Positions 38,039-49,250 of a DNA stretch of 64,000 nucleotides are shown here, piece after piece. The position numbers and the translations under genes were made by a program. The notes beneath the pieces were generated by a model that was given only the letters and a program-made list of their open reading frames with translations, ran no database searches and was not told the DNA's origin. The stretch is from Balanoglossus misakiensis (taxonomy: Eukaryota; Animalia; Hemichordata), in the NCBI GenBank assembly GCA_040954595.2, contig CM082583.2:2118925-2182924 (forward strand), read 5' to 3'. Every line of letters starts with the position of its first letter. The stretch's first letter is position 1.

Positions 38039-39358
38039 TATTGATTGAATATATATCTTGGTATGTCAGTGGTGGCGTCTTAATTTCCGTAGATGTCTGA
38101 TTATATACTAGTATCTCCTCAAGACTCTTTCCTATGACGGTACATAACGAAGGGTTTGCAAAAAAGACACGCGAGTCCGGATTCCAGACCAGGATGTTTC
38201 CATTGATGTCGATAGATGCCGCCATATTCTTTCGCGTCAACCTCCTCGGTTGCCAGTCTATGGCCTGTTGCCAGGAAACGCGTCTGGGATCAACTGTGAT
38301 AGAAATGGGACAGGAAAGTGGTGTAAAAATGAGGGAGTATTTTTAATCGAAACAAACATAAGCTTGCTGCTTACATGTCTGTGTGGTGGAGGCCGTACGC
38401 GTGGTGTAATTGGGGGTCGCTTTTGTGCATGGCTGAGCAGAAAATCGGACTAAAACAAGCCAAAACTCGAAAATTAAAAGCCAATTAACCTTTTTACGGT
38501 CATTTCATATAAATATCAAATATAGATTTTGTTAATAAAAAAATACTCCCCGACGGGGAATTGAACCCCGGTCTTCCGCGTGACAGGCGGAGATACTCAC
38601 CACTATACTATCGAGGATGTGACATTGGAGCTGCCACGTGGAATAACTATGACACATGTGACAATGCCATGGCGGCGAATGATTAACAAATATGCTAAAT
38701 AGGTGGTTGTGAGTACCGGGCACTGCACTGTAGGTCTAACCGTGGCACAGCAATATACCCAAGGTCAAGTTTATCTTTCTTTTACCCGATGGAAGTTGAG
38801 GCGAGTCGTAGTGCTATATTAAAAGTATCCGAAGTACGAGATAAGACAACTCCGCGTGTGGTGACTCCATGGTTACCTTGACCACGTGACCATGGACGGT
38901 ACCGTACATTGAGGGACTTCGTCCACACCTCGTAATGCACAGTGCGCCGCAGCATTAACGAAAGCGAGACCAGTCGATGCGTTGACCAGTGTTTTACTAC
39001 AGCGTGCCAAGTTTACCATCGCATGTATACGTTTTCAACGTTTCATGCCTCCGATTTCACAGAAAACGCCATTTTTGAGAGTTATCAAAACACATTTTGG
39101 CAGTGAAAAGAGTCTGGCCGATTTTAGCTGCAATAATTGTGGCGGGTGCTGCTAGGTTGATTGGTGCTGCGATGTCTACGCATGCGTGCGCGCCCGCAAC
39201 TGATCTGCCCTGTGTACGTACGTGAGCGTCATGGAACAATAAAGTGTATAGATATTATTATATTATATCATGCTACCGTCCGTGATTCTGATTGGACGAG
39301 AGCTATGGTAAAATACTGTTTTACCACTGCTGGCAGTGGTAAAACGGGCCCCAGAACT
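38039..39358 (-). repeat. Right arm of the ~1.3-kb inverted repeat
   Basis: Reverse complement of 33241-34550. Confidence 0.97.
38546..38617 (-). tRNA. tRNA-Asp (anticodon GTC), intact 72 nt
   Basis: Sequence TCCTCGATAGTATAGTGGTGAGTATCTCCGCCTGTCACGCGGAAGACCGGGGTTCAATTCCCCGTCGGGGAG. Acceptor, anticodon and T stems pair, and a downstream T-run acts as Pol III terminator. Confidence 0.95.
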
Positions 39359-39800
39359 AGCATGCAGCAGGGAAAGTGTGCGGTTATACCACAGTCGCGC
39401 GGGATTAAACTAAATGAAGAACATAAAAACACTTGAATTTACGGATGTTTTATTTTGGAACTGCTCTGCTCTGAATATTTTGCACTTTTGTCACTTTTTG
39501 GCGTCTGCTTTATGTTTAATGCTCGATCCCGGGCCGCACGTGTTTACATTCACCGTCGCCATGTTGGTTCACGATCGTAATTTCTCTTTCTGACGCCGTT
39601 TCGGTAAGAAAATGACACTGATTTGCCACAAAAACAACTGTTGATATAATATAATAGCAATAACCCCCGCCTCAGTCGGGTATACACTCGATTTGGGTAC
39701 AATTCGCTCCATATAGCACTCGCCTAACGGCTCGTGCTATATGTCTCGAATTGTACCAAAATCTCGTGTTTACCCGCCTGCGGCGGGGGTTATTGCTTAA
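39256..39800 (-). mobile_element. Long-hairpin element H2: 15-bp IR-bounded body plus ~145-bp terminal hairpin
   Basis: IR tattatattatatca (39256-39270) / tgatataatataata (39642-39656); hairpin 39655-39800; absent from the paralogous site at ~10152. Confidence 0.8.
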
Positions 39801-40028
39801 ATAAACTTAGCATAAACGCGACGTCCTCAACGAACAAAGAATACAATATTTCGTGGGTTTGTTTGGTGTGGACGAGAACGGCAATAAAGCTGGGTCAGTG
39901 TTAACTTAATGTGCAAAACCACACCGTACGCGTACCTCTATAGGGGATAGGCACCGTGTGTACGATCTCGTCTTGAGCAGTAAAGGCGATGTCTACGCAT
40001 GCGTGCGCGCCCGCAACTGATCTGCCCT

Positions 40029-40899
40029 TAGTCTAGTCTCGGTTACCCAGACGCCTTTGCTTCTTCCGATGCTCTCCAGAAAAGGGTCTGGGGAAATGCT
40101 ATTGAAAGCTTTGTAAAACAAAATGGCCGATGTCAGGATTTTGATCATCGCCTGATTGGCTGAGCTGTCAGTATGACCCGGGTCACCGCAATAGTTTCGA
40201 CAATCGTCTACCAAAGATATTTCGTATAATTTCTCCAACAATGCTAACAGAGGACGCCTTTTGCCTTTCGCATCAACCAACAAGTACCGGTCTCTTGATA
40301 TGAAGAGACGACAAAAAATCACACATGTGTGTTCGTTTATGCCTATGCTAAATTATCCATACACTTTATTGTTCCATGACGCCCGTGGCCATTTTGTTTT
40401 ACAAAGCTTTCAATAGCATTTCCCCAGACCCTTTTCTGGAGAGCATCGGAAGAAGCAAAGGCGTCTGGGTAACCGAGACTACCCTTAGTCTGGTACCCTG
40501 CCCCCTTTCTCCCGCTGCTGGCGCTACACTCACGAAAGGGGTCAGGTAAAGGCCATTTAATGCATGGCTGTGATTGGACATTAATATCGAGCGTGCTGAT
40601 TGGTCAATAAAGTTTTCAGACGACAAACAATAACTACATTTGTAGTCGATTGTTGCCGTAAATATTCTTTAACCGCTGCTCACCTTCCCCACAAGCAACA
40701 CATGTACTTGCGTTGATCTTTACTGGTGTTGTTTTCACGGTCGCAGCCATTTTGGTGTATCATGTGACGTCACTGAACAGTTGAAGTGATGTGACAGTCC
40801 GCCATTTTGGTCAGGATCCTGACCAAAATGGCGGCCCATACCTGACCCTTCCCTTGAGCAGCGCAGCCAGCGGCGGGGATGGGGCAGGGGACCAGACTA
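40029..40899. mobile_element. AcademH-like MITE (TAGTCTGG..CCAGACTA), 9-bp TSD ATCTGCCCT
   Basis: TSD at 40020-40028 and 40900-40908; its left end is interrupted by another element. Confidence 0.8.
40034..40481. mobile_element. AcademH-like MITE (TAGTCTCGGTTACCCAGAC TIR), 9-bp TSD CCCTTAGTC
   Basis: TSD at 40025-40033 and 40482-40490; same terminal 19 bp as 10982-11580. Confidence 0.85.
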
Positions 40900-41396
40900 A
40901 TCTGCCCTGTGTACGTACGTGAGTACACATATATACAGGGTATGAAACGAATTTTCAGCCCACCGCCATTTGGCAACTATTACGAAGAAGATCGTTACCA
41001 AACCAGAGTATGCGTTTTAGATTAGATAGAAACCTAATGTCTGGCTTTTCAATTTTCAAAAGTCGGTCGAACATTCGAGATATTATCGATCGAAAAGTGT
41101 CACTCGTCCTGGGGACGTGCGTTACCGACGTAAAATGGCGTTTGGGCGATGTCGCAAATTTCTCTCTGAAAGGTATACATAGGACATACTGTTTCATGCA
41201 AAAAAAATCATAGCAAATATAACAGTGATGCACATGAACAACGTCCACCATGACTGGGAGGAGCTGAGCTGAGCTCACGCATAGTTTCATACACATGATA
41301 TAAAACCCGGCGATCGAACACGGCACTTCAGGTCACCAGATTCGCAATGGTTTTGTATACGGATTTGTTGTATTTTTCACGTTTTCCGTTTTTTAT

Positions 41397-41544
41397 TTAA
41401 GCAATAAAACACCCCCAGCCATGGTATACCACGAGATTTTGACCAGTTCACGACATATACGCACGAGCGATAGCGAGTGCGTATATGTCGTGAACTGGTC
41501 AAAATCTCGTGGTATACCATGGCTGGGGGTGTTTTATTGCTTAA
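41397..41544 (+). mobile_element. Solo long-hairpin element H3 (148-bp palindrome, perfect except at the apex)
   Basis: ttaagcaataaaacaccccc..gcacgagcgatagcgagtgc..gggggtgttttattgcttaa; absent at the paralogous site 10831-10840. Confidence 0.88.
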
Positions 41545-43714
41545 TTAATCCAACACTTTTCAAGACACATTCTAAGCAAAAATGAAAATTATTGACTACA
41601 CTTCGATAGCACTCTGCTCCGTAGAACAAAGTGTCCCCCCTGTCCCCCCTTTTTGGTAACGCACGTCCCCAGACTCCATGTGAGCGATTGCATACCCTTC
41701 CTAACATACACTGTATACGAACGCGTCTGTCCTGGCTAGCAACGGAGTCGTACGATCGTCTGCCGCGCGCGCTGGGCCGGGCGCGTGCGCGCGTGCGGTT
41801 GTAGATTGCTCCATCACTTCCGCGGAACGCGGCGCTAGTGCGTTCGCTCGCATATTTTGCAAGTCCGGCGCTAGTGCGTTCGCTCGCATATTTTGCAAGT
41901 CCAGCTGTAGCTAGGCCGTTCGTGAGTGTAGTTCTCGTTCACATAAAAAAAAACACGAAATAATTTATTGTGTGTTCGTTTATGCCTATGCTAAATTATC
42001 CATACACTTTATTGTTCCATGACGCCCGTGGTTACATGAGGTAACTCGGCAGGCAACTCGACGCGCAACCCGAGTCGCGTCGCTACATCGAACAGTTTAC
42101 ACACGACGTGGCATTCGTGTAGAACAGACGTTTGGAACAACAAACGATACTTGTACATGTAAATTATGATACACCCCTCAAAAGCCAAAGGTCTTGAGAG
42201 GCAATTTTATACCCTGTATATTTTGTACTATAGGTTAGATAAGTCGCGGGCGCGCACGCACGCGTACACATCCCTTTACTGCTCAGGACGAGATCGCACA
42301 TAAAGTACGGTGCCTAGTGTAAGAGGTACGCGTACATTCAGTAGAACAAAGTGCTTCTAAAGATTAAAAAACATGTAAACAATCTCACTAATTGTCAAAT
42401 TACAAAAACGGGGTTGAATCACGTTAACAGTCAAACCATTTCTCGCGTACTTGATGTTACAAGGTGTTTGCCAATGTCATTTGACTTACTACTGGTATAG
42501 ACCTTGAAAGAAAATGGATATATCATCGAATTTTCTGTGTTATTGCTGCGTTTGGAAACTATCGGCCGCTGTGCCATATTTCAGCCTGCATATTTATTTT
42601 TCGTTGGTTGATGATTGTATGTCTCGTAACATAGTTATTACTCTCGTGAACAGCAAGAGTTGCATAGGGATGCCATAATACACAAACGATGTTAAACTCT
42701 CATGAGATTAGGCACGATTTCAGGCGGACGTCGTGTCATGTGTTGGCTATACGCGAAGTAAACCACATTGAATGGCGAACACAGTTCTTGAATACGTACA
42801 TTATTATCGCCGAAAAAGCATGGTTACGGTTGAAAAACTTTACCTTGTTTTATCGGTTTTTCGTGACAAATAATAGGGCACGATTTTTTCATCGCTTTGG
42901 TTTTCAATACACATTTGCGGATGCAATCATTCATCGCGAAAACCGGTGCATGCGCTATGCGATCCGTTGGTGCTATTCCATCAAAATTCCGTTTTGAGAG
43001 ATCAATAGCACAGTTTCGTAGCGAAGATCAACACGGCGATTTACACTGACAAAAATGCACGGCTACCATGCAAGCAGTTTTTTCTATCACTCAAATTTCT
43101 TTTGACTGAACTATGTGCAAAAAATGAATATAAAATTTGTATAAGTGTTTTTTTTTCATAAATTTTCAATACAATACATGTAGCATTGAAAGTGGCAGAT
43201 TCAGACTCTCAAAATATTTACCGGAATGGCATAAAAATCTAACACTGATACAAATTTGACAAAATTGCTATAAGAATCACGGCTGTCATTCGCTTTATTT
43301 TGCGCAGATACAGCCCGCCCAAAATTGAAATTCCCTGATATACAACTCTTATTATGAACACGGGGTTAGCGTTCTAAATTGACAACTTTGTTCTGCCGGC
43401 CTGCGCTGTTACAAGCAACTGCTTTTGTATTCATTGGATACCAGCGATGCAACAGGTGTGAATTTTAGCACCGGTATTTTCAGTTTCAGAGTCTTTGCAT
43501 GCAATTATCGCTCGGTCACCCTTTTGTCTCACTCGCTCGGTCACCCTTTTGTCTCACTCATGAAAAAATCAATATGTCATCAGAGAACTTTTAGCACCTT
43601 TTTGTACAAGAGTATTCATTCGAGTTGGGCTGAATTACCAGTGCTTCTGAATTTATTTGAATATATTTAGTTTGAACAAAAACAACGAAACTGGTTTCAA
43701 CCAACCAACAGATT

Positions 43715-45360
43715 GTCTGAAGTGCTTTTTCTTGTTTCTCAACACCATTTCGTTTCCCCTTTCCTGCAAGTAGCATCTTGCCACACAAGTCTCTTTCTGC
43801 TTTCACAACAGTCATCGTGCCAGAAGAGAAGACAAACCAAACAGCAGATTGTCACCGAGCGAGCGAGCAGGAAGGGCACATCTTTGATGACCGGATCTCC
43901 AAACTGCAATATTTGTCCGACAGACACACTTCGTTTTCGTTCCATGATTTTACTGCCACACAAGTCTCTTTCTGCTGTCATCGTGTCAGAAGAGAAGACA
44001 AACCAAACAGCAGATTGTCACCGAGCGAGCGAGCAGGAAGGGCACATCTTTGATGACCGGATCTCCAAACTACGATATGCACAGAGTTAAGTTTTCTGTT
44101 TCCATTTTACATGATTTACTGGTTAAATATGTATACTTGCAGCCCAGTCTAGACCCCCATCTTATTGCATTTTCTGTGTATTTTACCGGTATTTTCGGAA
44201 AGACACGCGCCTAAAATGTACCACGGTTGGGTACAAACGATTTGTCCAACAGACACACGACGTTTCGAATTTCGTTCCATGATTTGCATGATCGGTGTTT
44301 TTCAAAGAAAATAGGCTAAATCGATTGCAAAACGCGCCAAAATTTCGCGATATTGGTAACCTTCACATGTAATAAATGGGCCGACCGGTTTATAAATTAG
44401 CTGTCCATATGAGCCAGGATCTGACAGCCGACCTCCAGACTCAGGCATTTAGCACATGCACCATTGCACCCTGCACCCTGCAAACTAAAATTCTAACTCA
44501 CATTATTATCCCTAACACTGTCTGTGGCTAGAGGTATGCTGCTAGATACCTATGGGGGTCCAAATTCTTCTAAAATTTTCGGTAAGAACATTTTTTTATG
44601 GGAAAGATAGGCGTTTATTATACACGCAAAAGTTTTTATCTGACACGCGAGATTTTCGTTAAATTATAGTTTACTTTGGCTATCCAAGTTGCATGTTATA
44701 AAACGACACAGCAGTTCTTAGTTTTTATTCATAAAAAGGGAATTTCAAGAATATGCATGATTGCAAAATGAAAACGCCACAATTTCACGATATCGGTCGT
44801 CCAGTTTACAGATTAGCTTTTTGAAACTTTTTTCGGAACGTTCGTAGACAAGGATGCGCGCCCAGGCTAGTTCGACCAATTTGTCATGGCATAGGCCTAA
44901 TTCACGAAGCAGCCCCGCGCCCAAGCTTCTCTGAAGTGCTTTTTTGTCTCTCAACACAATTTCTTTTCCCCTTTCCTACAAGAATACTTGAAAGTTTCAT
45001 CCTGCCACACAAGTCTCTTTCTGCTTTCTCGACAGTCATCTTGTCAGAAGTTATGGAATTTATAAAGAGAAGACAACCAAACAGCAGATTGGCACCGAAC
45101 GAGGAGGAAGGGCACGTCTTTGATGACCGAATCTCCAAACTGCGATATGCACAGAGTTAAGTTTTCCTTTTCCATTTTACACCATTTACTTTAATACTTG
45201 CAGCCCGGTCCAGACCCCATCTCATTGCATTTTCTGTCTATTTTACCAGTATTTTCGGAAAGACACGCGCCTAACATGTACCATGGTTGGGTACAAAAGA
45301 TCTGTCCAACAGACACATTATGTTTTCGAATTTCGTTCCATGATTTGCATGATCGGTGTT
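43715..45360 (+). repeat. Dispersed and tandem duplicated modules (three related agaagacaa..gatctccaaact segments)
   Basis: Related blocks at ~43780-43910, ~43955-44300 and ~45000-45360. Confidence 0.8.
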
Positions 45361-45621
45361 ATTTTTTTAAAGTTTAACACGAATGCCCGTAAGATCAATT
45401 TTTCGTGGCCTTTACTTGTTTCAACTAAGTCATTCCAGAAGAAACCAACTTTGAAGACAAGATACCGGTAAACCAGCCCATTCTCGCCATTCTCTTTCTG
45501 TCTTCTCAACAGTCAGATCCAGAAGAAATTAAAGAGACAGCAACCAGATTTCACGAAGGAAGGCCCACGCAAAAGTCATGCCAGAAGAAACGAAATTTGA
45601 AGTGAAGAAACCAGCAGTAAA

Positions 45622-46283
45622 CCAAGTCGCCATTGTAGGAGAAATGGACGTTAAAGAGAAGACAAAGAGAATCCAGCCCACGGCCCACCACCACCACCCC
45701 ACTCCACCAACCTCAGCATTACATATTCTTATTTGGCATCTTGCCACATTATATTAAACAGTTTCTTTCTGCTTTCTCAACAGTTACTGTGTCAGGTGAA
45801 ATCAAATTTAAGGAGGAGGCAATCAGAATCCAGTGCAATCTTCAAACCAGTCGCCATTGTAGGAGAAATGGACTTTAAAGAGAAGACAAAGAGAATCCAG
45901 CCCACGGCCCACCACCACCACCCCACTCCACCAACCTCAGCATTACATATTCTTATTTGGCATCTTGCCACATTATATTAAACAGTTTCTTTCTGCTTTC
46001 TCAACAGTTACTGTGTCAGGTGAAATCAAATTTAAGGAGGAGGCAATCAGAATCCAGTGCAATCTTCAAACCAGTCGCCATTGTAGGAGAAATGGACTTT
46101 AAAGAGAAGACAAAGAGAATCCAGCCCACGGCCCACCACCACCACCCCACTCCACCAACCTCAACATTACATATTCTTATTTGGCATCTTGCCACATTGT
46201 ATTAAAACAGATTCTTTCTGCTTTCTCAACAGTCACTGTGTCAGAGGAAATCAAATTTAAGGAGGAGGCAATCAGAATCCAGT
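45622..46283 (+). repeat. 224-bp tandem repeat, ~3 copies
   Basis: gtcgccattgtaggagaaatggac recurs; nearly identical ORFs are offset by 224 (45733 and 45957). Confidence 0.93.
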
Positions 46284-46424
46284 TCACCGGACAAAATCCT
46301 TGAAATATTATTCTACACAACCATGCCAGCTGTAATCTTGACACACAAATTAATCAAATCTTTGTGATATCTCAACAGATTTATCACACCATGCGAAGAC
46401 AGAAGAAAGATTTTATAACATTTT

Positions 46425-49250
46425 AACGATATATTTCCTCTGTTTGCCTCCACAGATCACCCAGGACAGAAGATTGAAGACAGAAGATTGAAGATTGAAG
46501 ACAGAAGATTGCAGCGATTTATCTGGTAGGTTAAATTCCATGTCATAAATTTATATTTATTTTAAAATATTCTAACGATATATTTCCTCTGTTTGCCTCC
46601 ACAGATCACCCAGGACAGAAGATTGAAGACAGAAGATTGAAGATTGAAGACAGAAGAATTTGCAGCGATTTATCTGGTAGGTTAAATTCCATGTCATAAA
46701 TTTATATTTATTTTAAAATATTCTAACGATATATTTCCTCTGTTTGCCTCCACAGATCACCCAGGACAGAAGATTGAAGACAGAAGATTGAAGATTGAAG
46801 ACAGAAGAATTTGCAGCGATTTATCTGGTAGGTTAAATTCCATGTCATAAATTTATATTTATTTTAAAATATTCTAACGATATATTTCCTCTGTTTGCCT
46901 CCACAGATCACCCAGGACAGAAGATTGAAGACAGAAGATTGAAGATTGAAGACAGAAGAATTTGCAGCGATTTATCTGGTAGGTTAAATTCCATGTCATA
47001 AATTTATATTTATTTTAAAATATTCTAATGATATATTTCCTCTGTTTGCCTCCACAGATCACCCAGGACAGAAGATTGAAGACAGAAGATTGAAGACAGA
47101 AGACAGAAGAATTTGCAGCGATTTATCTGGTAGGTTAAATTCCATGTCATAAATTTATATTTATTTTAAAATATTCTAACGATATATTTCCTCTGTTTGC
47201 CTCCACAGATCACCCAGGACAGAAGATTGAAGACAGAAGATTGAAGACAGAAGACAGAAGAATTTGCAGCGATTTATCTGGTAGGTTAAATTCCATGTCA
47301 TAAATTTATATTTATTTTAAAATATTCTAACGATATATTTCCTCCGTTTGCCTCCACAGATCACCCAGGACAGAAGATTGAAGACAGAAGATTGAAGATT
47401 GAAGACAGAAGAATTTGCAGCGATTTATCTGGTAGGTTAAATTCCATGTCATAAATTTATATTTATTTTAAAATATTCTAACGATATATTTCCTCTGTTT
47501 GCCTCCACAGATCACCCAGGACAGAAGATTGAAGACAGAAGATTGAAGATTGAAGACAGAAGAATTTGCAGCGATTTATCTGGTAGGTTAAATTCCATGT
47601 CATAAATTTATATTTATTTTAAAATATTCTAACGATATATTTCCTCTGTTTGCCTCCACAGATCACCCAGGACAGAAGATTGAAGACAGAAGATTGAAGA
47701 TTGAAGACAGAAGAATTTGCAGCGATTTATCTGGTAGGTTAAATTCCATGTCATAAATTTATATTTATTTTAAAATATTCTAACGATATATTTCCTCTGT
47801 TTGCCTCCACAGATCACCCAGGACAGAAGATTGAAGACAGAAGATTGAAGATTGAAGACAGAAGAATTTGCAGCGATTTATCTGGTAGGTTAAATTCCAT
47901 GTCATAAATTTATATTTATTTTAAAATATTCTAACGATATATTTCCTCCGTTTGCCTCCACAGATCACCCAGGACAGAAGATTGAAGACAGAAGATTGAA
48001 GATTGAAGACAGAAGAATTTGCAGCGATTTATCTGGTAGGTTAAATTCCATGTCATAAATTTATATTTATTTTAAAATATTCTAACGATATATTTCCTCT
48101 GTTTGCCTCCACAGATCACCCAGGACAGAAGATTGAAGACAGAAGATTGAAGACAGAAGAATTTGCAGCGATTTATCTGGTAGGTTAAATTCCATGTCAT
48201 AAATTTATATTTATTTTAAAATATTCTAACGATATATTTCCTCTGTTTGCCTCCACAGATCACCCAGGACAGAAGATTGAAGACAGAAGATTGAAGATTG
48301 AAGACAGAAGAATTTGCAGCGATTTATCTGGTAGGTTAAATTCCATGTCATAAATTTATATTTATTTTAAAATATTCTAACGATATATTTCCTCTGTTTG
48401 CCTCCACAGATCACCCAGGACAGAAGATTGAAGACAGAAGATTGAAGATTGAAGACAGAAGAATTTGCAGCGATTTATCTGGTAGGTTAAATTCCATGTC
48501 ATAAATTTATATTTATTTTAAAATATTCTAACGATATATTTCCTCTGTTTGCCTCCACAGATCACCCAGGACAGAAGATTGAAGACAGAAGATTGAAGAT
48601 TGAAGACAGAAGAATTTGCAGCGATTTATCTGGTAGGTTAAATTCCATGTCATAAATTTATATTTATTTTAAAATATTCTAACGATATATTTCCTCTGTT
48701 TGCCTCCACAGATCACCCAGGACAGAAGATTGAAGACAGAAGATTGAAGATTGAAGACAGAAGAATTTGCAGCGATTTATCTGGTAGGTTAAATTCCATG
48801 TCATAAATTTATATTTATTTTAAAATATTCTAACGATATATTTCCTCTGTTTGCCTCCACAGATCACCCAGGACAGAAGATTGAAGACAGAAGATTGAAG
48901 ATTGAAGACAGAAGAATTTGCAGCGATTTATCTGGTAGGTTAAATTCCATGTCATAAATTTATATTTATTTTAAAATATTCTAACGATATATTTCCTCTG
49001 TTTGCCTCCACAGATCACCCAGGACAGAAGATTGAAGACAGAAGATTGAAGATTGAAGACAGAAGAATTTGCAGCGATTTATCTGGTAGGTTAAATTCCA
49101 TGTCATAAATTTATATTTATTTTAAAATATTCTAACGATATATTTCCTCTGTTTGCCTCCACAGATCACCCAGGACAGAAGATTGAAGACAGAAGATTGA
49201 AGAGAGAAGACAGAAGACAGAAGATTGCAGCGATATTTCTGGTAGGTTTT
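46425..49250 (+). repeat. 151-bp tandem repeat, 19 copies, each unit an exon plus intron
   Basis: cacag|ATCACCC starts at 46456, 46605, 46756 ... 49014, 49165; each unit has CTAAC, a pyrimidine tract, CAG and TG|gtaggt. Confidence 0.96.

Larger units (their letters stand above)
39226..42030. mobile_element. Second copy of the CACGGGCGTCATG-TIR element, carrying four nested insertions
   Basis: Collinear with 10120-12190; left TIR clipped, right TIR ends at 42030; an inverted fragment also lies at ~42245-42335. Confidence 0.85.

Noticed and set aside
33982-38617. tRNA-derived SINE interpretation of the tRNA-Asp copies
   Set aside because: The cloverleaf is intact with an immediate T-run terminator, and identity extends far upstream, so these are DNA-level duplicates.
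46425-49250. CRISPR-like array
   Set aside because: Units are wholly repeated with no unique spacers, the context is eukaryotic, and no cas genes are present.
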